64,000 nucleotides of DNA from Malacoraja senta (GCA_038087875.1 CM075987.1:18600001-18664000), one strand, 5' to 3'; counted from the first letter of the stretch, positions 1 through 13,440 are shown. Notes: generated by a model from the sequence alone, not told the origin. Program-made: numbers and translations.

Positions 1-479
1 TTTACTTAACTCCTGCGGTAGTCACGGTGGGTTGCAATTCCACTGACGGCTTGTTCCTCTTCTGAGCAAACATGCAGGCAGATCTTTCCTATGTCTGAAT
101 CCTCCTTAAGAACAAGAATAAAACAGTGCTAATCAAAAATACTTCACCAATAGTTCTTCGTTTTATACAGTGATAATGTCAGCACAGCACTGACACCTTC
201 AGTTTTCCTTGTTTAAAGTATGATTTGTGTTGGTATGTCATTAACTCCCCAGGTTGTAGGACAAACATGATGCCAAAATGTTCGGAATAATAACCATTAG
301 CTCCCCTATTTGTACCGTGTGATTAATGACTTCTATTTATGCAGAGTAATGAATGTTATTGTGCACAACTGATGCCCACCAGAAGTGCTTGATCTACTGT
401 GTGCCAATATGTGTGTCAGACAAAATGTTCACCAGTTGTTCTATTTGTAGGTTGCAAATTATTGCACAAGTTGAATGTG

Positions 480-990
480 CCCGAGACATTTTCCACCCCG
501 GTCATTCCTACTTCTCCCCACTTCCTCCAGGCAGAAGATACAGAAGCTTGAAAGTGCGCACCACCAGACTCAGTAACAGTTTCTTCCCCTCTGTTATCGG
601 GCTCCTGAATGGTCCTTCCATAAGCTAGTGTACTGTCTGTTTCTGGACTTTGGTCAATGGAACCATTGTCTCTGGAACTGTTACCCGACAATGCTGAGAA
701 CTATATTCTGCACTCTGTATCTTCCCCTTCACTTTACCTATTGAACTTGAGTTTGGCTTGATTGCATTTATGTATAGTATTATCTGAAGAAGGGTCTCGA
801 CCCAAAACATCACCCATTCCTTCTCTCCAGAGATACTGCCTGTCCTGCTGAGTTACTCCAGCTTTTTGTGTCTATCTTCGGTTTAAACCAGCATCAGCAG
901 TTCCTTCCTACACGTATTATCTGATATGATTGGACAGCATGCAAGTCAAAGCTTTTCAATGTATCTCAGTACACATGACAATAAAAAACT
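480..990 (+). mobile_element. Rex1/Babar-like LINE 3' fragment, interrupted by an insertion at 788-913
   Basis: ORF end HPGHSYFSPLPPGRRYRSLKVRTTRLSNSFFPSVIGLLN typical of Rex/Babar RT C-termini; tail recurs at about 36940-37225. Confidence 0.7.
788..913 (+). mobile_element. Penelope-like element 3' tail insertion with 11-bp TSD
   Basis: Flanked by gtattatctga at 777-787 and 914-924; tail sequence recurs many times in the window. Confidence 0.75.
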
Positions 991-1224
991 AAAACCCAAA
1001 TGTAATCTCTCATTTGTATAATCTAAAAAAACATTAGTGGATATCACAGGTATACATGAACTGATGTTTGAACAATGAGATGAACGTGGAAAGAGGAACG
1101 GAGATGCTGACTGACCTGCTGAGTATTTCCAGCATTTTTTTAAATGACAGATTTTCAGCATCTGCAGTTTTTTAACTGATTTCCAATAGGATTAATGCAG
1201 CGGGTACAGTCAAGTTACTAACCG

Positions 1225-1455
1225 AAACAAAACACAAATTGCTGTAGGAGCTCAATGGGTCAGGCAGCAACTGTGGAGAGAATGGAGAGGCAACGTTTCA
1301 GGTCAGGACCCTTATTCAGACTGATTAGTCTGAAGGAACCTGACCCTAAACGTCATCTGTCCCGTCCCTCCACAGATCCTGCCTGACCCACTGAGTTCCT
1401 CCAGCAGTTTGCGTTTTGCTCAAGATTCCAGCATCTGCAGTTCATTGTGTCTCCA
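1225..1455. mobile_element. Inverted pair of Penelope-like tails
   Basis: Arms are imperfect reverse complements centred on cagactgattagtctga (about 1317-1333). Confidence 0.7.
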
Positions 1456-1749
1456 TTAAATGAAACAGTTTGATGAATGTGGTTAAGTACTATTATAAAG
1501 GCATCACTTGTTTATAGTGTGTTGAATGCCAATTTCTAACATTGGTACCCCTACAATGCAATCCTAATCAGTTTGTAACACATGGATAAATCAGATTTCC
1601 TTTTTATGGAGTGCATGGCAAATCAGTATTCTGCTCAATGTGACAAATGTTAGTTCTTAACTTTGGTGTTTTCAGTGTCTCTTGAATGGGTTTCTGACCA
1701 CATGGTTAACTCTATTACCAGGACAACCCACCTCCGCCTCTGGCCATTA

Positions 1750-1990
1750 TTCTTTGTCTGCTGAAGCTTTCATCCATGCCTGTATTTTCTCCACACTAGA
1801 TGGGTCCTGGCTGGCTTCCCTTCCCACCTTCTACATACATGCACATACGAGCTTATCCATAATCTTGCTGCACACACCAACCATTGCACCATTCTATTGC
1901 TCCTACACTCATTGACTGACATTGCTTCCCATCCATCCAAACCTTCACTTAAAATGTTTCATTTTCAAATTGGCCAAGCCCCTTGGATGA
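1750..1990 (+). mobile_element. Degenerate L2-like LINE fragment
   Basis: AEAFIHACIFSTLD resembles the L2 RT C-terminal LIHAFISSRLD motif. Confidence 0.45.
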
Positions 1991-3659
1991 TTCCTCAAGT
2001 CTGTTCTAGACAATTCAACATGTATGATTTTGATTGGTACTGGTAGCTCTGCCTTCACTGTGCTGAAGACCTCCATAAACTCAACTGGGCTGCTCTTGCT
2101 CCCTCCAACTTCCTGCAGGAACAGTTCTCTTTCGCCTTTTCCCTGTTTGTTATTTATCTGTCTTAATATCTGGTTTGGTGACTGGGAAGCTTCTTGGAAT
2201 CATCTCAGAATGCTGTAATCCATGAAAATTGCTATTGATGCACGTTGCTATACTGCCATACGTAACACTGTCCTATTTAGACAGTGAGATAAATACCAAT
2301 GACCAAAACTAGCTCAAAACTACTTTCTTATTTACACAGTGGTGTTGGTTTGTAACACTGACATCAGTTTCGCCTCTGTTGATAGATAATGGCAGGTGTC
2401 ATTTCGATACGCTGGTGTGTTGGGGAGTTGTACAGTATATAATTGGGCCCTTTGGTCCACTGCATCTGTACTGACCATCATACACATCTATACTAATCTC
2501 ACTTGAGTGCATTCATTCCATATCATGTGTATCTTGCCCATTCAACTACCTCGTGATGCCTCTTAATTGTTGTTGCTGTCCCTTCCTCTGCCACCTTCTC
2601 TGGTACTTTATTCCAGATACCAACCACTCCATGTAAAAAGTTACCTCTTAGATCCCCTTTAATCCTTCTACCTCTCATCTTAAACCTATGCCCTCTAGTT
2701 TTAGATAACCATAACCATGAGAAGTGGACTGTGGCTATCTACCCTATCCATACCTCACAATGTAATCTAACTCTATCATGCCATCTCTCAGTCTCTGTCA
2801 CTCTAGGGGAAACAGTCCTAGGCGAACCAATCCTTCCTGATAACGCAAGCTCTCCCATCCTTGCATATCTTTTATGCACCCTCTCGCAGTGTAACCTCAT
2901 CAATATGTATGACGAGCACAAATCAGAATTCTCATCTATACTGTGCTGTGACTGTTAATGGTGTCAGTTACCTGGACACATGGAGCATGACAAATATCAA
3001 TCTACAGGCTTGATGTAACATTTGACACCAGGATGTTATCTGGGCTTGAGTTATAGGGAGAGGTTGCATAGGCACATGAAGAATGTGTCAACATACAAAA
3101 ATACTTCCAATGCGTGATTTAGCCCAGACTTGCGGTAAAAATAACAGCAGGCACTTGCTGTAAATGGAAGTGCATATGATAAAAATAACAGCAACCACTC
3201 ACTGTAAATGACACAAACTGATCAGCAGATTGCGCATGTATTTCCGATTTTTAAAAAGCTTCACTACAACAGAATCTTACCCATCAAATCAGCACGGAAG
3301 GTCCTGGCAGGGCACGACATAACTGTCCCTCTGTGTCTCACCTCCACTTAACTCGCCAGATACGGCCAGGGCTTATCTATTCCAATAAGTAAATGTTCAA
3401 AACTCTGATAAGTATTAATTACTCCAAGCCACCCCTCTGGCATTGAGGTCAACTTCTACATGTTTTCACGTTACTGCAGAAATTAATTGTTGCAGACATT
3501 TAAAATATCTTAAATATATATATTTTAATCCTCTTTCATTCCCTTAAAGATCTTAATGAGTTGTTAACCTCCCTGTTGGTCTATGGACACATCGATCTTT
3601 TTGTGAGCCAGGATGCTGTCTGCTGGAAAGCTGGTAACCAAAAGCAACATCTCTCCCAC

Positions 3660-3920
3660 ACTGACCTCAGCTGCTGTCCATGTGGAGTTTGCACATTCCC
3701 CCTGTGACCGACTGGGTTTCCTCTGGATGCTCCGGTTTTCTCCCACATCCCAAAGGCATGCAAATTTGTAGGTTAATTGGCCTCTGTAAACTACTCTTTG
3801 TGTGTAGGTAGTGGATGCATAAATGGGATACATAGAACTAGTGTGAATGGGTGATTGACGGTCAGTTTGGACTTGGTGGGCCAACAGGTCTGTTTCCATG
3901 CTGTATCTCTAAAACTAAAA
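3660..3920 (+). mobile_element. HE1-type V-SINE, partial
   Basis: V-domain-like ...ccggttttctcccacatcccaaagg...gtaggttaattgg followed by tail gggccaacaggtctgtttccatgctgtatctctaaaactaaa. Confidence 0.7.
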
Positions 3921-4139
3921 CCAAAATTAAACTGCCCCACAGGGTTCCTTCCAAAACTCACTGGACACCTCGGTCAACTTGGTGACCAAGGTTTCTGTAG
4001 TCAGCCTCGGCAGTCACTCAGAGGGCAGCATTCTCTGGCGAGAAGGTTGAGCATTTAAATCTGCTCCTCCAGAGACCGTTTTACAAAAATCCCCACAGAT
4101 GCTCCAAGTTCAATGCCAAGGAAGAGCTGTCTTTCCCAA

Positions 4140-4280
4140 AGTGCCATCCTTTGGATGCATTGTTAAACCTAACCTCCAAAGTGAAGACAAATGATCCCAT
4201 GGCAGCATCTCAGAGAAGGCCAGATGTTGTACCCCTGAAATCCAGGCCAACATTTATCTCTCACTCAACATTGCCAACAT
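4140..4280 (+). mobile_element. Deu-SINE (SacSINE1/AmnSINE-like) fragment
   Basis: gatcccatggcagc...ccaggccaacatttatctctcactcaacat resembles the Deu core as recalled. Confidence 0.5.
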
Positions 4281-6949
4281 GCTATAATGTTCCATGTATC
4301 GTAGAACATAGAGCGGTACAGCACAGGAACAGGCTCTTCGGCCCACAATGACTATGCTGAACATGATGTTACAATAAACCAATCTCATCCTGCCCTCGTG
4401 ACCCACATCCCTCCATATCCACACCTTGATCTAAAAGTCTTTTAAATGCCACTATCATGTCTGTCTCATTTAATATATAACAATACGAATCCTTTTCCTT
4501 TCAACTCCTTTCACCACCGTACACCTGATAGCACGCAGCTGCTTTGGGGCACAAGTATTTCCATGGAGACCAGAGGCAGGTTTTAAACCCCAGCTGTTTG
4601 ACTGCACGGAGGAACAATAGCACCTCATCCCACCTCAGCTGTTTGCCCCACATTGTGGTGGTAGTGCATGTCATGATGCTAAACGAGAGGTTGTTCTTTG
4701 TCATTATTCACCAGTGTTCTACCTGGAGTTAGCAACAGAGTTTAACCTCGGCACTGACTCAAGCATTGATGGTTGTGTGGGGATCGATTTCTTGTTGTAT
4801 TATTAATAAGAGGCAAGGTTTTATTTGTGCAGTCAGTATTTATTTATCATGAAACAAATAGTTGTCTGGTTAAAGACAATGCTCCACTTTAGGGGGTTGA
4901 ACAAAGGATCTGCTGCTGAACACCTGCCTTTGCAATTGGAGTCACCACTGCCACTTTTCCCAGGGACTAACAGCCCTAGAATGAAGGTAGAAACAAGGGA
5001 ACTCAGCAGCTCAGGCAACATCTCTGGAGAACATGGATAGGTGACGTTTCAGGTTGTGATTATGGGGGATGGGGGGTGGGGGGAGAAGAAAGCTGGAAAA
5101 GGGACGAGGCAGGACAAAGCATGGCAGGTAATACATTGACACAGGCGGGGGGTGGGGGGGGGGGTTGGTCTTTGATCCTTTGTCTCGACCCAAAACGTCA
5201 CCTATCCGTGTTCTCCACAGACGCTGCCTGACGTCTGAGTTACTCCAGCACTTTGAGTCCTGTAATGAAGGTAACAAGGGCAATTACAATCACCACAACT
5301 TTAATTTGTGCAGCACCTTTAACATGGTAAAAAGCAGCAGAAGAGTTTCATTAAACTAAGATTACATTTGGCAACAAGACAGAGGAGGGCTACTTGGGTG
5401 GGTGAGCAAAAACTTAATGGAAGTTCTGAAAAGAAGAGAGAGTGCCTTTGATGGTGTCAGTAGAAAGGAAACCTATGGTTTAATAGATGATTAAGTAGGA
5501 ATTGAGATGACATGGGTAAAGAACAGTCAGATGGAGCAGCTTCAAATAATGAAGAGGATTCTAAAACATAACGAAACATAACCAATAACTTATAATGTTC
5601 AATTCTAAGCTTCACACTGAAGGAAATATTTCAAGGCTTTGGAAATTGCAAAAGAGATTTAATTATAGCAGAGACCAGAGTTACTTGTGGAGACCAAAAA
5701 AGTTAGGATTGATTTCCTCATTGAAAGGGTAAAGTTGGCTGACGGTGTGAAGGTGGGGACAGATGGGATTGATGATGGATTGGACCAGAGATTTGAAACT
5801 TAGCAGAGGAGCACGTAGACCTCACCCAAGACAACTTGATATCCTCCAGCCATATGACCTTCCATGGTAACTGTATTCCTTTAATTCGGGCCTCGTCACA
5901 GGTTAAAACCTCTCCACCATTGTCCACAATGCCATTCTGCATCTCTTCCCACCTTTACATTGCTGTTAAAGAGCCATCTCTTTGAGCAAGCTTTTTGTTC
6001 TTCTCCTTTCAGTCAACATTTATTTAATGTCAGTCCTGTGCACCACCTTGAATCGTTCAGCCACATTAAAGGGAATTCAGAAAACAAACATCAGTTGTTG
6101 TTGTTGTTATTGTTGTGCACAATCTGGGAAAAGAAGCAGTGTGATTAGCGGAGGAAGTGGATGAAGCCATTATAGAATGGTATCTTGCTGACAGTCACAA
6201 CTTGAAGGGAAGTATGGTTAGTTGTCAACTGCTCCTGAAACCCACCCTGAATTAGTTTGTGAGAAGTTACTTGGCTTTGGGTAGAACACAGCGTGGGGCA
6301 AAAATACAATGGCTTATAAAAGATACAGAAAGCAGAATAATTCCCCACCACACACGCACTCTGGGAGAATGGTCAGCAGCAGCTCTCCAGCTGAACGCTC
6401 ACAAATACCTGTTGCTTCTATGAATAACTAGAATTCTAAATGTCTGTGTGGCAACAAAAGGCAGCTCAATCCCCCCAGAAACAAATCCTGAAAAGCAATT
6501 AAATCCGGTTAAATATTTATCCCTTAATTAACATGGTTGGTTGTGAAATCCTCATCTATTAATTAACCAGGGGCAATTGTAAAGGGCCAAAAGGTAAAGC
6601 TATGTTTATGATAGTTCTCAGAGATTTCAGGAGAAACTGGAATAGGGGAAATATGGAAACCGCAATCAATAAAAATATCTTGCAATTGTGTAGCACCCTT
6701 GTTGAGTTCCTCCAGCACTTGCCCTTCTGGTGTTTTGCATGTGGGGTTTGGGGCTCAGAATAAATGTAGTAGGAAATGGAAATGAATAGTCTGAAGTGTC
6801 TCGACCCGAAACGTCACCCATTCATTCTCTCCAGAGATGCTGCCTGTCCTGCTGAGTTACTCCAGCGTTTTGTGTCTATCTTAGGAAATGGAGAAAATAT
6901 GTGTGGAGCTCCATCAACTATGGCAAAGGAAAGCCTCGTCTCCAGAAAT

Positions 6950-7400
6950 GGGAGGTCTTATCTTAAGAAAAGGTGGTGGAATTGAGAAAAAGGGATGGTG
7001 CCCTTACAGGAGGCAGGGTTGGATGAGGTACAGTTGGGATACCAATATCTCTTGGTGCTCGTATAAAAGATGTCAGTGGCAAGTTCCTCTCCTGAGATGG
7101 AGGCAGAAAGATCAAGATAAAGAAGTCGGAGATTGGCCGGGTGAATTTGAGGGCAGGATGGAAGTAGGTGGAGAAGATGAGGGAGTTGACGAGATCTGCA
7201 TGAGTGCAGGAAGCAGCACCAATGCAGCTGCTGATGCAGAGGAGAAAGCTCAGGGTGGGTTTATGCCGGGATCGGCTTGAAACCAAGGACTGTTCCAAAT
7301 GGCCAACAAAAATGACAGGTGTAGCTAAGGTCCAAGCAACTGCTTTGATTTATAGGAAGTGGGGGAGAAAAATCAAAAGGGTTGGTGTTGAGGCAAGGAC
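6950..7400 (-). mobile_element. Degenerate Penelope-like reverse transcriptase fragment
   Basis: Translation CIGAASCTHADLVNSLIFSTYFHPALKFTRPISD matches the region just after the YxDD motif in Penelope-type RTs; the catalytic motif itself is decayed. Confidence 0.65.
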
Positions 7401-7469
7401 AAGTTATGCTAGGTGTGTGAGGGTATTAGCGGGAGAAACGGGTTGGGCCTTTGCTAATGTAGTCACTTG

Positions 7470-7710
7470 GGAAACCAATTGGCACAAGGAAAAATCTCCA
7501 AAACAGCAAAGGAATAATGATCATGACATCTGTATTAATAATGTTAGTTAAGAGATAAATATTTGCTAGGATGCAGGATAAAATTCCTCAGCTCCTCCCA
7601 AAAAGTGTTATGGAATAATTTACGTCCACCCGGGAAGGCAGATCGAACAGAGGGTTTGATTTAACTGAAAACTGAAAAATTGCACCTCCAACAATGCAGT
7701 AATTCCTCAT
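7470..7710 (-). mobile_element. Deu-SINE (SacSINE1-like) copy
   Basis: Reverse complement gives ...gtggacgtaaattattccataacac...ctagcaaatatttatctcttaactaacat, Deu-core-like and similar to 4140-4280. Confidence 0.55.
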
Positions 7711-9388
7711 GTTTTATTGTTTTAATCTTCACATATTGTACGCAAGGGTCAACAAATGGGTATTGGAGCCACAGCTTCCAGTGTCGGAGATCAGGGATCA
7801 CCCGCGGAGCAGAGGCTAACAACCGATGGGAGATGGAGTCTCTTTCTCAGATGTCTGGGTTGCGTACAAAGATGACAACTTGTATTGACTTCTTCTATGG
7901 TGGCAGTCCACCACCTGTTTAAGTTATTGGTTTCGATTTAAGTATGCCACAGTGTAACATCACTGTTACTTTGCATTCTTCACTGTACTGTGTTTTCAAA
8001 CAAAATCTATTGCGACAATTTTGTAAATAATGTTCTTCTTCCATCCCCCATGGTGGTCCTCCATTGTAAGAAATCTGTTCCGCCAAAGGAGTGTGTGTGT
8101 GTGCGCGCTTTATAGTGGCAGGGCTGGCTTTTAAGAGGCCTTTAGATAGGAATAGAGGGATATGGAACACGCGCAGGCAAAAATCTGTTTATTTTGGCAT
8201 CATGTTCGGCACGGACATTGTGGGCTAAAGGGCCTGTTCCTGTGCTGTACTGTTTTATGTCCTCTGTATGATCTCTCCACCTTGGTTGTTTTAAGCACAA
8301 AGATTTTTCATAAGGAAATTAGACAATTGCGATTAAGGAAGTAAAATCTTATAAAATGATTATTATAAATAAAATTAGAATTCAGTTAATAAAATTGTGA
8401 AATACTTAACTGAAGGAATGCTCTTGCAACATATTAAGGTCATATTTTGGAGCTCATGAACTTAAAGATCAATTATGATTTAGTAGGCCATAGAAAATTG
8501 ACCTATAACTTGTGCGTTAAGCCACAATATTCTCAGGGATAAAAATTGAAAACAATCAGACGACCAGATCACTAAGGAAGCAGGTAGACTGACCACCAGA
8601 TACTCAAGTAGACAATTGATCTTTAGCTAATGTCAAAGCATATATAAACCCAGGAAAGAAATATAAAAGCAAGAGATGTTATACTTCCTCTCATATGGCT
8701 CATTTGCTATAACTTATGCTAAACCAAGAAAAAGCCTTTCAATTGGTGAAAATTTGCCGGTATAGACTCGGTGGGCCAAAGGGCCTGTTTCCATGCTGCA
8801 ATATTCAATTAATAGGTTTGATCAGTTGGGTAGAATACACTTGGGCAGTGTACACTTGGAATAGTGCCATCCCAGTGAAATAGACAGAGACTTCTGTATC
8901 CAGTTCTGCAAAGGAACTCAAGAAAAACGTGGGCAAATTTGGAGTCATTTCCAACTGACAGGTGGAACTGGATAAAGATAACGAGCAGAGGTAGCGTTGG
9001 ATGATACTCATGGTTAATAGGACAATATGGGATCAATAGCTTTCCACAAATAAAACCTTTCCAAATTATCCGAAAAACAGGCTGAAGTGTAGTTGGTGTC
9101 CGAGGGAATGCTATCAATCCCGTTAGAAGGAGAGAACAAAAGTAAAAAACAGTAAAAACCTCACAAAAATACTGAAAATACTCAACAGGTTAGACATCAT
9201 CAGTTAATGTTAAAAAGATACAGTTAATGTCCCATATTCATTCTGACAAACATGTCCCATTTTGTCCTTTGATTCAAGATGTGTGATGTCACAGATTAGT
9301 GATGCATGTAAAATTCTCAATATAAAAGTTTTATAAAGCTTTAATTTTACCTAATTTCCTTTGACAAATTTTCCGTTTATCTCCACAG

Positions 9389-9490
9389 TTTCAGAACCTG
9401 CAGTTATTCAACGATATTACGCGTCACTGGAAGAACAATTCTTTCAGATAAGTGAGAATGAATTAACCAAAATAAATACATTTTACGCAG
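9389..9490 (+). CDS. XPR1: XPR1-like exon (human exon 3 equivalent), SPX domain
   Basis: ctccacag|TT...TACGCAG|gtaaat; SEPAVIQRYYASLEEQFFQISENELTKINTFYA, compare XPR1 ...[22 protein letters not shown]. Confidence 0.92.
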
Positions 9491-9926
9491 GTAAATTCAT
9501 GATTTTATTTTATTTTTTATATTCTTTGTCTGTGTTGTGAAATGAGGCAGTTGGAGGGAAGCAACCAATTGGAATTTATGCAAGTCAGGTTGGTGTGGGA
9601 AGGTGGAGTTGAGGCTGAGATCAAATCCAACATGATTTCACCAAATAGAACATACATCCAAAGGATTGTGAGGTCGACTTCTACTGCTTTTTGTGTTCTC
9701 ATTGCTAAGGGAGTCTCCAGCGCTGAGAATTGTACCATGTTAAACAAAACAGAGCCCAGTGCCAAAATCCACAAACATAACATCGAGAGACAAATGTATT
9801 GTAATTAGCTACTGGGCCATCAGTTCATTTCAATAGGTCTAACTAGACCAAATCTGATTCACCACTTGATCCTATGGTCTTTTCACGACTCTTTTTATAA
9901 TTGGTACTCTCCAAGACTCTGTACTT

Positions 9927-9961
9927 GGGGGGGGGGGGAGAGGGGGGGGGAGGGGGGGGGG
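9927..9961 (+). repeat. Poly-G tract with G-quadruplex potential, in an XPR1-like intron
   Basis: G12-AGA-G9-A-G10. Confidence 0.85.
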
Positions 9962-10914
9962 TTAAAGACTGGGGCAGAGCACAAATCACCAATGAAGAAC
10001 TTTGTTGAAGTTAAAAACAATGGCATTGAGCTAATAAAGGACTTCTCAATGAAACAAAAAAGTGTTAAGAGGAACTCAGCAGATCAGGCAGCATCTGTGG
10101 AGGAAAAGGACATGACATTTCGGGTCAGGATCCTTCTTCACATCTATTGCCTGAACACTGAATCAGTCTGAAGAATGGTCCCAATCTGAAAAGTCCATTC
10201 ACTCCATAGAAGTTGCTTGACTTTCCGAGTTCCTCTGGTGCTGATTTTTGTTCAAGCATGTGTAGTTTCTTGTCTCAACAACAGTGTTGGATTGAGAGTA
10301 GAACTAATGGAGGATAAAGACCAGAACTAAACACATTGTTTCCATGTGGAATTTTACTGCAATTCTACATCCTGAAAAACTGTACCTCAAATTAAAAATG
10401 GTGACAATTAAATTAATTACAAATAATTAGCTCCAACTTGGACTCTGCTGAGTTTAATTAATCTTTTACTGAATAGTGTTGCAAAACATCAAGAAGAAGG
10501 AAAAAAATCAGATCATTTAACCGACGTAACTGCTTTATCTAAAATTACATCTCAGGGAACCAATAGGACTCCTTGGCTTGATGTGGAGGTTACTTCATCA
10601 GTTGGGACTTCTCATCTAATTTCTGGCACCAGAGACAGGCACTGCCTCTGGGTAATGCTGTATAATTCTGACCAAAGTCAACTATAATTAAAAAGAGTCA
10701 CACTATCCACTTAAAATTAAAAATGGGCACTAGCACTTCATAATCTGAAGAAAATGTTATTCTACATCCAGGATCTTTCTTGCATTCACCTCTTCTCTTG
10801 CCTATCATCAAACATTGATGGGCACAGTGCAAATCTCGCGAGTTGGTACACCCGTCAATGTTTCACACAAAGTATGGGCATCCTTGAGCGCTGGGCAGAT
10901 GGAAGGGAATTTTA

Positions 10915-11098
10915 TGTGTAGGAAGGAACTGCAGATGCTGGTTTAAATCGAAGATAGACACACAATGCTGGAGTAACTCAGCAGGACAGGCAGCATCTCT
11001 GGAGAGAAGGAATGGGTGACGTTTTGGGTCAAGACCTTTCTTCAGACTGATGCTGCCTGTCCCGCTGAGTTACTCCAGCATTTTGTGTCTATCTTCGA
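10915..11098. mobile_element. Penelope-like tail with inverted partial duplicate
   Basis: tcgaagatagacac...gcagcatc is mirrored by gatgctgc...gtgtctatcttcga. Confidence 0.75.
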
Positions 11099-11333
11099 AG
11101 GGAGTTTTATATCCAATCTCCTGCTCCAGTTGCAGGTACCAGGTCTATTGATCCATAACAAACAACCCAAGCAATCCTGCAAGTTATTAATCATGTATTG
11201 TTCCTAATATTCCATGGTGAATTCCTTACATCTTTTACTCACCGACTCACACTGTACAGTACATTAATAAAAATAATTCTGATCTTGCGCATTGCAGCTT
11301 AATGAAATACATCTTGCCTTTCTACATCTTCAG

Positions 11334-11551
11334 AGAAACTTGCAGAGGCCCAAAGAAGATTAGCAACACTACAGATTGAACTTGAAGCAGTATTTGATGC
11401 CCAGAGAGCGATCGAAGCAAGATCAGCAGGGCACTGGAGGAGCATCCTTCTTAAAGCACACAGGCACCGGGCACGACACAAGACCATGTGTGACCTGAAA
11501 CTGGCCTTCAGTGAACTCTACCTTAGTCTAGTCCTACTGCAGAATTATCAG
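11334..11551 (+). CDS. XPR1: XPR1-like exon (4), SPX domain
   Basis: cttcag|AG...TATCAG|gtatgt; EKLAEAQRRLATLQIELE...DLKLAFSELYLSLVLLQNYQ. Confidence 0.95.
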
Positions 11552-11689
11552 GTATGTGAAGGCTGTTTCAGCCCGTCAAAATGCACCATCCACTCTGATG
11601 GATGGGATCCAGTAGAAACAAATTAAAATGTCCCTTAATGTCATTAAAGAAATGTTCAGGTGGTGTGTGCAGGACGTACCAGAGACTTT

Positions 11690-12305
11690 GAACATAGAAC
11701 TTAGTAAAGCACAGGAACAAGCACCGCAGCTCACAATATCTGTGCCAAACATGACACAAAGTTCAATAATATCCTCTGCCTGTACATGATCCATATACCT
11801 CCATTCCCTGCAAAGTCACGTGCCCATCTAAAAGAGGCTAAAAGCCTCTTACAATGCCACTATCGGATCTGCCTCCACCACCACCCCTGACAGTGTTCCC
11901 ACCACGTGTGTAAAAAAACACTTGCCTGCACATTCCTTTAAATGTTGCCCATCTCACCTTAAAACGATGCCCTTTGGTCTTTCACATTTCCACCTTGGGG
12001 AAAAAGGTTCTGACTATCTATCCTGTCTATGCCATTTATAATTTTATATACTTCGACGCCACTGAACCTGCGGCATTCCATAGAAAAGCTCTTCTTGTAG
12101 CCAATACCCTCTAATCCAGGCAGCATCCTGGTAAACTTCTTCTGCGCCCTTTCCCATGCCTCCACATCCTTCTTGTACTGGGGTGACCGAAACTGCACAC
12201 AAATCTCCATATACTGCCTAAAGAAAGTCCTAAAGAGCTGCATCACGACTTCCTGACACTTATATTCGATACCCCGACCGATGAAGGCGAGCACACATGC
12301 CTTCT
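11690..12305 (-). mobile_element. CR1/HER1-type LINE 3' fragment
   Basis: ORF 11959-12294(-) ...QFRSPQYKKDVEAWERAQKKFTRMLPGL, typical CR1 ORF2 C-terminus, plus shared 3' tail. Confidence 0.85.
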
Positions 12306-12363
12306 CTGTGTATAAGTCATTACTAACATTGCCTAGACATCGAGAATTAAAAAAAAAAAAAAA

Positions 12364-12765
12364 TTATAAGTATTTTTATTAGAAGCATGTATACAAATAA
12401 TAATGAGCGACAATTTAATTACAGATTTCTTACATAGCTTCAGTTTTTTTTAAATATTTTTTTTTTAGAATAAAGATAGAGAAAAAGATGAGAGAAACTA
12501 ATATTAAAAAAAGGAGACGCAAAAGGAAACTATCAATAACAAGATTGTGGAGATAGATCCAGGAAATGTTGAGTATAGCTATTCATCCAATCCCAAACTC
12601 AGGTTTCAACCCTGATCTTGTGTTAAACCAATTCACTTTTTCAAAAATTCAATAAATGGAGACCATATTCTAACAAATAATTCTGGTTTGTCAATTAAGA
12701 CAAATCTTATATTTTCCAAATGCAATGACACTGAGAAATTTAATGCACCATGTTAAACATGGGTC
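12364..12765 (-). mobile_element. L1-type LINE 3' fragment
   Basis: Minus strand reads LHLENIRFVLIDKPELFVRIWSPFIEFLKK* (stop 12635-12633), like fish L1 ORF2 ends, followed by a T-rich UTR and AATAAA. Confidence 0.55.
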
Positions 12766-13189
12766 AAAGAGAAAGTCTCTGAATGGTCAGTGGTATCACG
12801 GCCACCTTCAGATTCTCCTCCTCAGCTACACACCAGGGGTGTAGAGTTATACAGCACAAAACCTGTGCTTTGGCCAATCTCATCCACGCTGACCAAGATA
12901 CCCCACCTAAGCGAGTCCCATACTTGTCCAAATGTCTTTTAAATGTTGTTATTATGTCAACCTCAACACCCTTCTTGATTCCACCCATCTCCTTTACCGA
13001 CCAGAGCTCATCTATTGAATTAATAACCATGGATTTGTTGATTCTTTGTTAACCAGTAGCCCATTAATAACCATAACTTTCTGCAGTGAATTTAACCAAT
13101 GATTAACAAGCAAGGTTTTAAGAATAACGAGGATGATGAGGGACAGGATCAGCTTGCTCTTGTGGTTTGAGACTCAGTGCGTTGAATTG

Positions 13190-13440
13190 AATTGAAAGAT
13201 ACAGCATTGAATCTGGCCCTTCAGTCCAATGAGTCCACACTGACCATCATACTCTAGTTCTATGTTATCCCACTTTCTCATCCAACACACTAGGGGCAAT
13301 TTACAGAGGCCAACTAACCTACAAACTCACATGACTTTGGGAATGAGAAGGGAAACCCAGGCGGTCACAGAGAGAGCATGCAAACTTCACACCGACAGCA
13401 AACGGGGTCAGGATCAGATGCAGGTCTCTTGCACTGTGAA
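13190..13440 (-). mobile_element. HE1-type V-SINE, degenerate
   Basis: Reverse-complement similarity to 18646-18900. Confidence 0.6.

Noticed and set aside
8809-9117. Possible pogo/Tigger transposase fragment (FPRTPTTLQP)
   Set aside because: Similarity limited to a few residues; no terminal repeats or DDE context seen.
1-9388. XPR1 exons 1-2 (MKFAEHL...; short exon AFKDMLY...)
   Set aside because: I scanned AG...GT candidates by eye and none translated to similar peptides. They probably lie upstream, though a diverged short exon could have been missed.
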